Source: a virus
IMG/VR virus record: IMGVR_UViG_3300045988_180980
DNA length: 64,000 nt
Reading direction: 5' to 3' (one strand)
Shown: positions 27,118-37,779 of the stretch, piece by piece
Layout of the letters: each line of letters starts with the position of its first letter
Numbering within the stretch: the stretch's first letter is position 1
Program-made: the position numbers and the translations under genes
Notes under the pieces: model-generated
Database searches by the model: none
What the model was told of the DNA's origin: nothing
The model's input: the letters and a program-made list of their open reading frames with translations, nothing else

Positions 27118-28419
27118 ATGGCAAATCTTCCAAAAGACTTTATCGGCCTTGAGGCGTTGGAGCACGTGGCCGAGCAGGTGAGCAAGGAAATCCTCATGGG
27201 TCCTGGCTATACAGATGCGGCTGAGATGGATCGTCTTGGCATCGACATCATTAGCGGTATCCAGTTCAAGCGCACCTTCCACATCTTCCTTCGCAAGGGT
27301 GGCACTACCCGTCGTAAGGACGTTCACTCGGTGGTAAACAGCGAGGCCGGATTCCTGAAAGAGCGCACGCTTGTAGCCAAGCTCTCGTGGGATCACTTCA
27401 CTGACAACGCCGACAACTACTGTGAGACAGTATTCGGCACCGATGCCCAGGGACAGTACCCCATGTCGGCCACGGCAATGGAGGCCATCCTGCGCAACTA
27501 TGCCGACAACCTTGCGGCAAACTTCTGGCCTGGCGACATCTCGCTTGACAACGGCGGTGAGAATGTGCCTGCCCACGATCAGGCAATGGCTCTCTACGAT
27601 GGTATTCACACTTGCGTGAAGCACGACATCGAGGCCGGAATCATCTCTGAGGCAAACGGCAACCTCGTGCCTTGCGAGGCCATTTCGGCTCCTGCAGACA
27701 ACAACGACTCCACACCTTACGACAACTTCCTGGCTTGGCAGCGCAAGTGGGATGCCCGCCTTCGCAAGCAGCAGGTTCGCGTGTATATGTCGGAGATCAC
27801 TGCAGCCAACATTGCAGCAGGCTATGCCAACAAGTATCATGGCAACTTCAAGGTTGACTATGAGGCAGGCGGTAACTTCAAACTGCCCGGTCTCTCCAAG
27901 GTCACTCTCTGTCCCGTTGCAGACTTCGGTGACGGCGACCGCATGTATGCTACCGTTGACAAGAACTTTGTGTATGGCGTAGATACACTGAGCAACGAGA
28001 CTTACGTAGGCGTGAAGGTCGGTACAGACACCGATATGCGTCAAATCCAGTTCCAGATTCAGTCAATTCAGGGGGCTGGTGTAAAGGTGCCCTACAAGCA
28101 CAGTTTCTGCATGTCAGACGGCAATCTTGCCAATCCCGACCTCGTAGCCGGCGACTTCACCAACACCAACCTGGTGGTGACTCTGGCCAAGGCTAACGTT
28201 CAGGATGAGGGTGCCATTGACGGAAAGGTGCAGGTGAACGGTTCTGAGTACAAGAAGCCTGTGGAGACTACCATCAACCAGATTCTTTCTCTGGTTGCAA
28301 CCGACGGCACTAACTACAAGTTCGTGTCTTGGAGCAACGGTTCAACCGAGAAGACCCTACAGCTCACCGCCACCGGCATGAACATGGGCTTGACGGCCTT
28401 CTTCAAGAAGAACGGCTAA
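27118..28419 (+). CDS. major capsid protein (candidate) with extra C-terminal domain
   Basis: 433 aa, immediately after the protease-scaffold gene. The call rests on position and size; I could not verify a fold signature. Confidence 0.55.
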   Translation: MANLPKDFIGLEALEHVAEQVSKEILMGPGYTDAAEMDRLGIDIISGIQFKRTFHIFLRKGGTTRRKDVHSVVNSEAGFLKERTLVAKLSWDHFTDNADNYCETVFGTDAQGQYPMSATAMEAILRNYADNLAANFWPGDISLDNGGENVPAHDQAMALYDGIHTCVKHDIEAGIISEANGNLVPCEAISAPADNNDSTPYDNFLAWQRKWDARLRKQQVRVYMSEITAANIAAGYANKYHGNFKVDYEAGGNFKLPGLSKVTLCPVADFGDGDRMYATVDKNFVYGVDTLSNETYVGVKVGTDTDMRQIQFQIQSIQGAGVKVPYKHSFCMSDGNLANPDLVAGDFTNTNLVVTLAKANVQDEGAIDGKVQVNGSEYKKPVETTINQILSLVATDGTNYKFVSWSNGSTEKTLQLTATGMNMGLTAFFKKNG

Positions 28420-28535
28420 AAAAAGACTGGATTCTCTGTCTCTATAAATCCCCGGCGGCGGTCGCTTGACCTGACGGAAAATGGTGGCCGCCGCCATTCT
28501 ATTTCACTAATACACAAACGAAAAACGCAAATATT

Positions 28536-29102
28536 ATGGCAGTAACAGCAACATGTCCTGAGTTGAAGGACGTACTCGCAGCCAATGAGTGCCTGGAGAA
28601 CTTCGGTGGTCTCGGTGTGAACGTGTATGTCTTCCTGAAGAGTGACCTCAAGGCTCCTCTGAAGGCTGAAAAGAACGTTTACCCTGCGCTGACTTCCGAG
28701 TCGTTCAACACCGGCAAGGGCCTCTACAAGTTCGAGTGCAAGGAGAGCAGCCAGGGACACTCCTTCGAGTCCCTTGGACGAAGAGGCGGCTACAAGCAGC
28801 AGATTGACTATGTGCTCGAGAGTGTGAACGCAGCATCGGCAGAAGTAGGCCGTGCCTTGAACAACCTTGACCTGGGTTACATCTTCCAAGACGGCGACAA
28901 GAGTATCATCGTGTATGATCCTCAGCACAAGGTAGAGTATGCCTCGGGTGGCATCAAGGGCGACACGGGCAAGAAAGCCGATGACGAGCGCAGCGTGACT
29001 TGCAGCGGGACCCTGCAACCCTGTATTTACGGACGCTATGAGATTGCCGAGCCCGAAGGCGGCTGGGATTCTCTGCTGGCTTCAAAGGCCGTAGCCGCAT
29101 AA
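28536..29102 (+). CDS. virion structural protein (function unassigned)
   Basis: 188-aa ORF between the capsid gene and a very strong terminator. Confidence 0.4.
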   Translation: MAVTATCPELKDVLAANECLENFGGLGVNVYVFLKSDLKAPLKAEKNVYPALTSESFNTGKGLYKFECKESSQGHSFESLGRRGGYKQQIDYVLESVNAASAEVGRALNNLDLGYIFQDGDKSIIVYDPQHKVEYASGGIKGDTGKKADDERSVTCSGTLQPCIYGRYEIAEPEGGWDSLLASKAVAA

Positions 29103-29135
29103 GCAACAGGTTCGTACCGAACGTATATCAGGATG

Positions 29136-29196
29136 TCCCGGCACCAGCCTCTTGCATCGACAAGGATGCAGAGAGGCGGTGCCGGGATTCTTTTTT
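29136..29196 (+). terminator. intrinsic terminator after the capsid-module genes
   Basis: Long composite hairpin TCCCGGCACC..GCCTCT.TGCATC-gacaag-GATGCA.GAGAGGC..GGTGCCGGGA followed by ATTCTTTTTT. Confidence 0.8.
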
Positions 29197-29309
29197 GCTC
29201 TGCCGCACCTGCCGCTGTCCGCCCTGCGGAGGTGTAACACGCTAACTTTACACAAGAAACAAACAAGGTATCGCGTTTATCGCAACCACATACGACTCAT
29301 ATACGTAAC

Positions 29310-31043
29310 ATGCACAAAGTATCTTCTATCTCCCAGCTCCAACAGCGTAGTGAGGAGCTTAAGGCGCAAGGCTACGAGGCTGTGCGCCCTGCCGCGTTCG
29401 TTAGACCCAACTCCGATGGCAGCCGCACATTCTCTTGGGGCGAATATGTCCACTCCATGCTCATGTCTTCGGCACAGGGTACGGCAGGAGCAGGCAATGC
29501 CCGTCGCGAGATAAGCACAGTGTTTGCCTCCAGCGGCGGCGAGAACAAAGCCGTGCCGCAAGGTGTGGGCACACCGGGGCTTGGCTTTATGGAATGGGGC
29601 TTGGGCAACCGCCTGCCCAACCTCGTGTATCTGCTCTCCAAGATGTCGCCGTTCACGGCAGCAGGCATCGAGTTCGTCAAGAAGATACTCGTGGGGCGCG
29701 GTCCTGTACCCAAGTACCACTATGTGCAGTACGTAGGCGGCAACATCACCGAGAAGTTCATTCCCTTTATGGTAGCTGGTGTGTTGCTCCGGGGCCAGAT
29801 TGCCGACCTTAAGGTTAAGGAAGACAAAATGTCACAATCTGGAAATCAATCGTCAGAGTTGAATAACCAATTCTTACAATCGAAATCCGAAGACTCCGAG
29901 GAAATGAAGTCGCTCAAGGCGGCACTGGCAGAATGGGAGCGCACCAACAACGAGTTGCAGGCGTTCATCGACAGCAACGACCTCCACAAGACCTACCTCG
30001 ACATGGCTGGCGATATGGCTCTCATGTCGCAGTGCTTCTGCGAACTGCAGCTCAACCAGCGGCAGCTGGATGCCGATGGGCATCCCGTGCCTACGTCGCA
30101 ATGGGACCCGAAGGTTATCGGACTGAAACCGCGCTCGGTGTTCACCACCCGCTTGGAGCGCATGGACGACCAGTATCGCATCAACTATGCCTACACCTCT
30201 AATCAGTGGCTCGACTCATCGCAGTCGGATGCCTCGCTCAATCCCGAGGACATGCGCATTGCCGCCGTGCCTTATCTCGCTCCCGACACTGCCGTGAAGG
30301 AACTTGAACGCCGTGTGCGTGAGGCTCGTCAGCAGCGAGTGAGCCGCAAGAACCGACCTACACGCTTTATCATGTCGCCACGCGACTTCGGTGGTCCTTA
30401 CTATGCCGATGCTCTTTGGCACAGCATCTTTGCCGGAAGCATCTTTGAGTATGCCTTCACCATTGTTGACGACCGACTGACCCGCAAGCGCAACTCGAAC
30501 ATCATCGGTCGCGTCATCTACATTCATCAGGAATACCTCAAGCAGCTCTACACCCAACAGGGCGAGAACAAGAGCAAGACGATTGCACAGATACAGCAGG
30601 AGGTGTTCAGTGACATCAATACCTGGCTCTCCAACCCCGACAACGCAGGCCAGGCCCTCATCTCTGCCGTGTTCACCGGCTTGGACGGCAAGGAGCACAA
30701 GGCGTGGGAGATTGTAGAAATTGAGAGCAAGGCAAACTCACAGGCACAGGCCGAGAAGACCGAGCTTCAGGAGATTTCCTCCATCATCTTCTTCGCCATG
30801 GGTCTCGACTCCAAGCTCATCGGCAACACCCCAGGCGACGCCACATCATCGGGCGGCACCGACCTCCGTGAGCGTTTCCTTGTCAAGCAGATTCAGTTCG
30901 CACCAATGCAGCAGCTTATGCTTCGACCACTCGAAGTGATAACGAGAGTGAACAAATGGGACTCGCACCTGGTGTGGCAGATAGACCGCGAAGTGCTCAC
31001 CACACTGGATAACTCGAAGACGGGAGTGACGATGCAGGAATAA
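29310..31043 (+). CDS. portal protein (candidate)
   Basis: 577 aa, and the only portal-sized unassigned protein in the head module. No portal-sized gene lies next to terL. This is a positional inference. Confidence 0.45.
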   Translation: MHKVSSISQLQQRSEELKAQGYEAVRPAAFVRPNSDGSRTFSWGEYVHSMLMSSAQGTAGAGNARREISTVFASSGGENKAVPQGVGTPGLGFMEWGLGNRLPNLVYLLSKMSPFTAAGIEFVKKILVGRGPVPKYHYVQYVGGNITEKFIPFMVAGVLLRGQIADLKVKEDKMSQSGNQSSELNNQFLQSKSEDSEEMKSLKAALAEWERTNNELQAFIDSNDLHKTYLDMAGDMALMSQCFCELQLNQRQLDADGHPVPTSQWDPKVIGLKPRSVFTTRLERMDDQYRINYAYTSNQWLDSSQSDASLNPEDMRIAAVPYLAPDTAVKELERRVREARQQRVSRKNRPTRFIMSPRDFGGPYYADALWHSIFAGSIFEYAFTIVDDRLTRKRNSNIIGRVIYIHQEYLKQLYTQQGENKSKTIAQIQQEVFSDINTWLSNPDNAGQALISAVFTGLDGKEHKAWEIVEIESKANSQAQAEKTELQEISSIIFFAMGLDSKLIGNTPGDATSSGGTDLRERFLVKQIQFAPMQQLMLRPLEVITRVNKWDSHLVWQIDREVLTTLDNSKTGVTMQE

Positions 31044-31069
31044 TGAGGCAACACAAGGATTTATAGAAA

Positions 31070-31840
31070 ATGATAGAACTGAATAAGATATATAATGAAG
31101 ACTGCCTCGAAGGAATGAAAAGGATTCCGAACGGAAGCGTGGATTGCATTGTGTGCGATTTGCCGTACGAAGTTCTGAACAAAGGCAATGAAAAAGCACA
31201 ATGGGACAACATCATTCCGATGGAGCCACTATTCAAGGAGTACTGGCGCATAGCAAAACCAAACGCTCCCGTCATCCTCTTTTGCCAGGGAATGTTCACG
31301 GCGCAGTTGATGATGGCAGAGCCTAAGAACTGGCGGTATAATCTGATTTGGCAGAAGGACAGACCTACAGGCTTCCTCAATGCGAAGCGTATGCCTATGC
31401 GAAGCCACGAAGACATTGCCGTGTTCTATCGCGCCTTACCTACATTCAATCCGCAAATGCGTCAAGGATTCCCTTCTCATTCTCGAGGAAACAAGCAAGG
31501 CAAGCCAAAAGGCAACGCTTGTTATGGCAACTACAATATCGAGACTTATTCCAAGGAAACGACAACCGATAAATATCCCATATCGGTGTTGTATTTCGGC
31601 AAGGAAAAGGAACTGGATATGCACCCCACCCAAAAGCCCGTAGCTCTTATCCAGTATCTCATCCGCACCTACTCCAATGAGGGTGACACCATATTGGACA
31701 ACTGCATGGGCAGCGGCACCACCGCCATTGCTTGTATAAAAGAGAAACGCAACTTCATCGGCTTTGAACTCAACAAGGAGTATTACGACAAGGCTTGTAA
31801 GCGCATCAAGTTGGAGCAAGCGCAGCTCACGCTGTTCTGA
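31070..31840 (+). CDS. DNA methyltransferase, N6_N4_Mtase (DPPY) family
   Basis: VDCIVCDLPYEV is a DPPY-type motif. MHPTQKPVALIQYLIRTYSNEGDTILDNCMGSGTTAIAC is the SAM-binding block. Confidence 0.9.
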   Translation: MIELNKIYNEDCLEGMKRIPNGSVDCIVCDLPYEVLNKGNEKAQWDNIIPMEPLFKEYWRIAKPNAPVILFCQGMFTAQLMMAEPKNWRYNLIWQKDRPTGFLNAKRMPMRSHEDIAVFYRALPTFNPQMRQGFPSHSRGNKQGKPKGNACYGNYNIETYSKETTTDKYPISVLYFGKEKELDMHPTQKPVALIQYLIRTYSNEGDTILDNCMGSGTTAIACIKEKRNFIGFELNKEYYDKACKRIKLEQAQLTLF

Positions 31841-31869
31841 TAACTCAAAATTCAAAATTAGCATAGTAT

Positions 31870-32826
31870 ATGATCATCTCAACATTGAAAGAATTTCGGC
31901 TGTATGTGCCCAGTTGTGCCTTTGACGAGTTCACCTCGTTTCAGGCGCAGATTGACAGCAGCGAACAGGACGTATTGAAGGACAAACTGGGCGACGCGCT
32001 CTATGTTCGCCTGTGCGAGTACTATAAGACCCTCTCGCCCGATGCACTCTATGACGACATCACGAGCGGCGAGTATGCCAAGGAACCGTGGAAGGTGCTC
32101 CTGCTCTGTTCGCAGCGCATCGTGGCCGCCGATGCCGAGGCTCGCAGTCTCCCCAAACAGCAGTTGTCGGTCAACGGCATGGGCGTGAACGTGGCCTCGA
32201 GCAATGACTATGATGCCGCTTCCGACAAGCAGGTAGATAAGGCGGCACAGAGTTATAAGGCCGATGTCATGCGTGATACCAACATCCTGCTCTGCCTGCT
32301 GGAGGAGTGGGCCAGGACCGAGGATGCTCACGAGAGCGCCAGGGAGATAGCCGAACTGTGGAAGCAGTCGCGGTTCTATTACTTCTGCAGCGGGCTGATA
32401 TTCCCGTCACACGATGTGCTCTCCCACTACCTGCACCACTTCGACAACCGCTTCAAGTTCATCTGTCTCATTCCCGACATCCGCTTCATACAGGAGGAGT
32501 ACCTGGCCGAGTTTGTGGGTGCCGACCTCCTGACAGAGACCATGAAGGACGACACGCGGGAGAACGTATTGCTCGACAAACTGCGCAAGCTGGCCGCCGC
32601 CTTCTTGACGGAGCGCACCTCGGTGATAGCCTTCGACAAGCAGCAGCGCCAGACGGCACACAACGACAGCGTGCTTCTGCGCGAGAGCATCATGCGCCTG
32701 CTGAAGAAGCGCGAGGAGGATAGCCGCCGCGAGCCCGACACCGCCGCGCCCGCTCCCGCCGAAGAGAAAGGCTACGAGAACAACCAGCCCGGCAGCAAGA
32801 TATTCGTATCGCCGCTGCTGTACTGA
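31870..32826 (+). CDS. hypothetical protein
   Basis: 318-aa ATG ORF. No motif recognised. Confidence 0.5.
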   Translation: MIISTLKEFRLYVPSCAFDEFTSFQAQIDSSEQDVLKDKLGDALYVRLCEYYKTLSPDALYDDITSGEYAKEPWKVLLLCSQRIVAADAEARSLPKQQLSVNGMGVNVASSNDYDAASDKQVDKAAQSYKADVMRDTNILLCLLEEWARTEDAHESAREIAELWKQSRFYYFCSGLIFPSHDVLSHYLHHFDNRFKFICLIPDIRFIQEEYLAEFVGADLLTETMKDDTRENVLLDKLRKLAAAFLTERTSVIAFDKQQRQTAHNDSVLLRESIMRLLKKREEDSRREPDTAAPAPAEEKGYENNQPGSKIFVSPLLY

Positions 32827-32852
32827 GCATTATATATAATAAAGGTATATAT

Positions 32853-33929
32853 ATGGAAACAGAAGACATCATCAGAACGCTCACGCCTGCCCTCTCCTCC
32901 CGCATGCTCAGCACGGAGCAGCGCGAGGCTTTCGAGCAGGGGCTTTCCCTGCTGGAGCAGGCCGCGTGTGCCACTGCCTTTGTGCGCGACAGCCGTCGTT
33001 TCCGCGACTACCACCGCCGCGTGCGCCAGTTGCTCACCTGTCTGCAGACCATGCAGACCACCGCCGCCGCGCCTGCCAAGCGCCACGTGGGCCGTCCCAC
33101 CAAGGAGGAGCAGGCCGCTTATGCCCAGGCACAGAGGGAGAGGGCGCTTGAGGAGTCGCGCCGCAGCCTCTTCCCCGAGGTGAAGCCCGACATCACCGTA
33201 CAGCCGCTTACCTACGGCGGCATAGTGGCCAACCCCGCTGGTGAGAGCATAGCCGCCACCATGCCCAACCTCATGCAGTTGCGTCCCTTCCTGTCCAAGC
33301 GGCTGCAGGAGCGCGTCAACACCGTGCGCGACCTGCGCAACGAGATGGCCTCCAAGGCCGAGCAGGCCAAGACGATGGCCGAGGCCAACGAGAAAGCCGT
33401 GGGGAAAGGACAGAGTGCACTCTACACGGAAGGGGAGGTTGCCGCTCTTGCCGCCCGTGCCGTGGAAATCGAGAGCCACCTCCTGCCTGCCATCTATCAG
33501 GCGGTGGATGAGGAGATGGGCGAGGTGTATCTGCGCCTGAGCCGCCGCACGGGCGACCCCGAATATATAGCGTATGTTGAGAAGGCCTTCAACATCGCGC
33601 CGCAGGACTTGCGCACCCAGTTCAAGCCGTTCTATGAGAAGGCACAGGCACGCAACCCGCTGTTTGCCGACACGGTGGCCCGCAAGATAGCCGAAGACCG
33701 TCCCGAGGTGAAGGCTGCCCGCGATGCTGCTGCCAAGCACAAGGCCGAGGCCGACGCGCTCATCAAGTACATCATACGCAAGGACAAACCCGCCACCCGG
33801 AAACGTGTGGAGGGGATGACTGAGCGCATCCAGCGGTTGCGCCAGGAATACAACGATATAGTCTCGGAGGAGGAGGTCATGGGATATGAGTTGCTTCTCC
33901 GTAAGACTGTGGAAGAGGCGGGGAAGTGA
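32853..33929 (+). CDS. hypothetical protein
   Basis: 358-aa ATG ORF, helical and charged. Confidence 0.5.
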   Translation: METEDIIRTLTPALSSRMLSTEQREAFEQGLSLLEQAACATAFVRDSRRFRDYHRRVRQLLTCLQTMQTTAAAPAKRHVGRPTKEEQAAYAQAQRERALEESRRSLFPEVKPDITVQPLTYGGIVANPAGESIAATMPNLMQLRPFLSKRLQERVNTVRDLRNEMASKAEQAKTMAEANEKAVGKGQSALYTEGEVAALAARAVEIESHLLPAIYQAVDEEMGEVYLRLSRRTGDPEYIAYVEKAFNIAPQDLRTQFKPFYEKAQARNPLFADTVARKIAEDRPEVKAARDAAAKHKAEADALIKYIIRKDKPATRKRVEGMTERIQRLRQEYNDIVSEEEVMGYELLLRKTVEEAGK

Positions 33930-34072
33930 CTCTTTCTTCTTTATGTCTTAAACATGAATTGTTTTTAGAGTGCGGTGCCGTCCCGCTTCCCGTTCCGGGC
34001 GGCACCCTGTTTCTTTGTCCGTACCGTGCGGCAGGGAAAAGCTAATTTTGAGGGTGTAAATACAAGGAGCGA

Positions 34073-35176
34073 ATGAAAAGAACAGATAAAGGCATGAATA
34101 CCATACGCAAGACAGACCTTCGCCTGCCCCGCTCATGGAACGAGTGCAGCACGGAGCAGCTGGAACTCATCTCGCGCATCCTGCTGGAGCAGATAGAGCG
34201 TGCCGACCGCTACCATCCCTTCGATATGCGCAACGTGAAGCTTGCCTGCTTCTTTGTGCTCTCGGGGCTTGAGGTGGTGGAGGGACCGTCGCTCTCGTTG
34301 CCCATAGGCGAGCAGTACTACCTGTGCCGCCTCTCCCCTTCCGGCAAGGGCTGGCGCAGATGGTTCGGCCACCGCAGCGGTGGCGGCGACACGTTCCCGC
34401 TCTATCTGTGGGAGATCAACTACTGGCTCTCGCCCAAGGCCAGCACCAAGGACCGCCAGTCGGTAGAATACATATCCTCGGGTGCCGGAATCCTCGACTG
34501 GATGGACCGCGACTCTGGCAGCAAGCTCACCCGCTTCCCCTACCCCACGCTTCGCCTTCGCATCCCCGGTCATTGGCAGTGCAGGCGCACCGAGTTCCAG
34601 GGTCCTGCACCCGACATGGATGGCTTCTCGTGGCAGCAGTATCGCTTTGCCTCCGACCTCATGGGGCAATACACCCAGCTCTCCAACAACCTGGTGCGCA
34701 TGCAGCGGATGGGGTCGTTCACACCCGTGCAGATGGAGCAGCAGACCCACAGCGTGAACGAGGCCCGTGCCATGTTCCTGGCTACCGTCTTCAACCGCCG
34801 AATCCCCTACCTCGACCCCAACACCTCGCTGCGCACCGTGGATTTCCATTATGACACGCGGCAGTTCCGCGCCAATGCCCGCTACTTCTGCCAGTTTCCC
34901 GACCACCGCTGGCAACCCGTCCTCTTCTGGTGGACGGGCATGATGCACACGCTGAGCCGTCGCTTCCCGCATGTGTTCAAGGTGCAGCCCACCGACAGCA
35001 AGCAGCGCCCCTCCACCCCGCTGGAGATATACACCGCTACCATCGCTACCATGCAGAAGTACGCCTCGCTCACCGAAGACCAGGTGAACAACCAGTCGTA
35101 CTCGCTCGTGCTGGAGCACTTGGAGCGGCTCTCGAAGGAGAATGAGGAGATGGAGAGAATAAGAAAGAGTAAGTGA
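34073..35176 (+). CDS. hypothetical protein
   Basis: 367-aa ATG ORF. An alternative start lies at the MNTIRK codon. Confidence 0.5.
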   Translation: MKRTDKGMNTIRKTDLRLPRSWNECSTEQLELISRILLEQIERADRYHPFDMRNVKLACFFVLSGLEVVEGPSLSLPIGEQYYLCRLSPSGKGWRRWFGHRSGGGDTFPLYLWEINYWLSPKASTKDRQSVEYISSGAGILDWMDRDSGSKLTRFPYPTLRLRIPGHWQCRRTEFQGPAPDMDGFSWQQYRFASDLMGQYTQLSNNLVRMQRMGSFTPVQMEQQTHSVNEARAMFLATVFNRRIPYLDPNTSLRTVDFHYDTRQFRANARYFCQFPDHRWQPVLFWWTGMMHTLSRRFPHVFKVQPTDSKQRPSTPLEIYTATIATMQKYASLTEDQVNNQSYSLVLEHLERLSKENEEMERIRKSK

Positions 35177-35213
35177 AAAGTCCCTGCGGGGAGATATAAA
35201 AGGATTTATAGCA

Positions 35214-35474
35214 ATGAAGATAATTAAAGGAAGACAATACATCGTTACGGTCAATCCTGCATACATCAGTTATTTGTATAAGCACCGGGTGGGCGATAAG
35301 TCGCAGACAGAGATTCTTCGCGAAGTAATGCAGGATATAGATGATTTGCTTGAAGGAAAGGTAAGGTGGATAACCCGATTTGTCATGCCCGACGGGTCGC
35401 CATCGTTCACCATCACGCCACTTGTGCAGCACAACCTGCAAGAACTACACAAGGCGAAGCGAAGAAAGAGATGA
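35214..35474 (+). CDS. hypothetical protein
   Basis: 86-aa ATG ORF at the start of a visibly more AT-rich block. Confidence 0.4.
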   Translation: MKIIKGRQYIVTVNPAYISYLYKHRVGDKSQTEILREVMQDIDDLLEGKVRWITRFVMPDGSPSFTITPLVQHNLQELHKAKRRKR

Positions 35475-35498
35475 TAATCGAACAACATTAACGGATTT

Positions 35499-35933
35499 AT
35501 GGAGATTATGACAACAGAAAAAACAAAAGAGCTGATAGCAGCGCTGTATCGCACAGCCGTGATGCAGGCTTATGTTGACGGTAAGCAGATACAGTATTTC
35601 AACACTTTGAAAGGGAAATGGGAAGATATTGCAGCCCCGAGATGGTCACAGTCCTGTCGTTATCGTATCAAACCCCAACCTGAGTATCGTCCATTCGTCA
35701 ACGCCGAAGAGTGTTGGCAGGAAATGCAGAAGCATCAGCCGTTTGGTTGGATTAAGGACAAGGAAGACGGCCATTATGCTATGGTCACGGTGGTAGGTTC
35801 TGGTGGAGACATGAAGTGTATTGCGATAAGTGGCAATGATTGTTGGCCTTTCAATGAAACAATGAGAGACTACACCTTTGCCGATGGCTCACCCTTCGGC
35901 ATACTTACTGAAGAAGAGGAGAACCAAAGATGA
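35499..35933 (+). CDS. hypothetical protein
   Basis: 144-aa ATG ORF whose stop overlaps the next start (ATGA). Confidence 0.45.
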   Translation: MEIMTTEKTKELIAALYRTAVMQAYVDGKQIQYFNTLKGKWEDIAAPRWSQSCRYRIKPQPEYRPFVNAEECWQEMQKHQPFGWIKDKEDGHYAMVTVVGSGGDMKCIAISGNDCWPFNETMRDYTFADGSPFGILTEEEENQR

Positions 35934-36139
35934 AGTCCCGTCTGGCAAAGAAGATCATGCGCCAGAGGCCTGCTGTATGTGGCGGTCCTGACGGGCGTCG
36001 GCACACGGTGCGCTACTGGCATCTGCGGTGGATGGAGTGGTATAATGCAGGGCATCCCGTCATCTCCTTCAAGCCCTGCCGCGCCGTCAGGAACCACCGC
36101 ATCGCACAGGCACTGAGAATGTGGAACAGAAAACATTGA
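35930..36139 (+). CDS. hypothetical small basic protein
   Basis: 69-aa ORF translationally coupled to the upstream gene. Confidence 0.35.
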   Translation: MKSRLAKKIMRQRPAVCGGPDGRRHTVRYWHLRWMEWYNAGHPVISFKPCRAVRNHRIAQALRMWNRKH

Positions 36140-36783
36140 CAAACATAATAAAAGGATTTATAGAGAGAACAATGATTACAGTTACGTTAACTACCATTTT
36201 AGGCTGGGCGTTCTTGCTTGCGGCAGTCTTCGGCTGGACGATTACCCTCGCCTTTGCCTTTCAGCGTGTGCGGATAATGCACAAGGAATATCTTGTGAGA
36301 AAAAAGCAGCGCGAACATGAAGAGAAGATGAATATCGTCTCGTTCCTCACTCCGAAAGAGTGTCGCGACTACGTGCTCAACCATATCGAGGACGGACGTT
36401 TTTACGTAGTCTTGTCGCCCCACCACGTTGGCCTTACCATTGTGTGTGCCAAGCGCTACGATGCCGAAGAACACAGGCTCTATTGTCATGCCTACCTCTG
36501 GATTGACGCAATTGGCAGGTATAATCTGCACGTCAGTGGCCCTCGCGGCATATTCGATTCGCGCGATTTCCTCGGCGGCAAGCCCCTGTGCATCGACTCC
36601 GACCGCAACCCCAGCATCTTTGTCCATGAAGAAGAATGCCTCTCGCCGTACCTCACAGAGAGAGACTACAACGACTTCGTGCAGAGTGTACAAGCGGCAG
36701 GGTTCGACTGGAAGATTGAGAAGAGCAATGAGAACGTACTGGGCTCTTGCGAATATCGGTTGAAGGAAACAAAAGTAAAATAA
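36121..36783 (+). CDS. membrane-anchored hypothetical protein
   Basis: The N-terminal hydrophobic stretch ITVTLTTILGWAFLLAAVFGWTITLAFAF is followed by a soluble domain. The start site is uncertain. Confidence 0.45.
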   Translation: MEQKTLTNIIKGFIERTMITVTLTTILGWAFLLAAVFGWTITLAFAFQRVRIMHKEYLVRKKQREHEEKMNIVSFLTPKECRDYVLNHIEDGRFYVVLSPHHVGLTIVCAKRYDAEEHRLYCHAYLWIDAIGRYNLHVSGPRGIFDSRDFLGGKPLCIDSDRNPSIFVHEEECLSPYLTERDYNDFVQSVQAAGFDWKIEKSNENVLGSCEYRLKETKVK

Positions 36784-36799
36784 CAAATACAAATAGCAA

Positions 36800-37702
36800 A
36801 TGAAAATAGATGAAATCAAGCCTGGCGACATCCTTTACGACAAAGAGCGAAAGTTGTTGGTGAAGGTGGCGCGTGTAGATGAAGACGGAGTGGTGAAGTA
36901 TTCGGCATACACCGACATGCACAAGATATTTCAGACTGTACCTCCACCCTATCGCGTAGGCACACGCACAGCTGAAGCCTACATCCCTGCCACCGACGCG
37001 CAGCGCAGGTGTATGGAAAGAATGCTGAAGGAGAATAAGGAGGCAATGATGCAGGACCTTATGGAGAAGTTTCGTCTTTTGATGGACGAAAGTTGGGCTC
37101 AAAAAAGGCGTATCTTCGCCTTGGAAGAAAAGGTGGCTGCGCTTTCTTCCCGGGTCAAGAATGAGAACGGAGACCAGCGCCTCGACCCCGTCGTGAGTGC
37201 CTTCAAGGAGTCTGACTTCCCTCATGGCAGGATATTGAAACTCAAGAGCACCAATCCCGGCTCTCCCGCCGAGTATGCCATTGTGGTCGTAAAGCGTTTC
37301 CGCCCTGCTGACCAGATTCTTGAGTGCTACGCTTTCTACGTTCACGAAAAGTCGGGTCTTGACAAGATGTTCATTGCCGACGAGCAAGCCGTGGACAGCT
37401 ACAGCAAGCCTTCCGAAGATTTCGAAAACCGCATTTCCAGACATGTTTGCCTATACTTGGGGCAAGATTGGGAACTCAAAGGCAGATCGATGGCTATGGA
37501 TGAGGTGGAGAAGTTGTTCAGGATGGCAGAGGCGGTCGGTTACAGAGCCGGTTACTCTATCTCTACCAATTCGGCTCACAGATATAGCCACCTTTCCCGC
37601 ATACTCGTACAAGAAGCCTATGTGACTGGCCCGCTTGAGAGAATGAAGAAGAAGAAGAACCGACACGGCAAAATCAGAGGGCGAAAGGGAATGACCACCT
37701 GA
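36800..37702 (+). CDS. hypothetical protein
   Basis: 300-aa ATG ORF. Confidence 0.5.
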   Translation: MKIDEIKPGDILYDKERKLLVKVARVDEDGVVKYSAYTDMHKIFQTVPPPYRVGTRTAEAYIPATDAQRRCMERMLKENKEAMMQDLMEKFRLLMDESWAQKRRIFALEEKVAALSSRVKNENGDQRLDPVVSAFKESDFPHGRILKLKSTNPGSPAEYAIVVVKRFRPADQILECYAFYVHEKSGLDKMFIADEQAVDSYSKPSEDFENRISRHVCLYLGQDWELKGRSMAMDEVEKLFRMAEAVGYRAGYSISTNSAHRYSHLSRILVQEAYVTGPLERMKKKKNRHGKIRGRKGMTT

Positions 37703-37779
37703 AGGCGCTTGTGGAGCAGTGGGCATGTCCGCACCACCAAAATAAACCTCCCTACATTTGCACAAGCATACGAAGAAAC

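Noticed and set aside
27100-28044. Long minus-strand ORFs opposite the head, portal, RT and unknown genes (also 32772..33740, 34133..35266, 43340..43834 and 55264..56274)
   Set aside because: All are antisense to + strand genes that have recognisable motifs or tight operon packing. Their compositions (Arg/His/Gly/Val-rich) are characteristic of GC-rich antisense frames.
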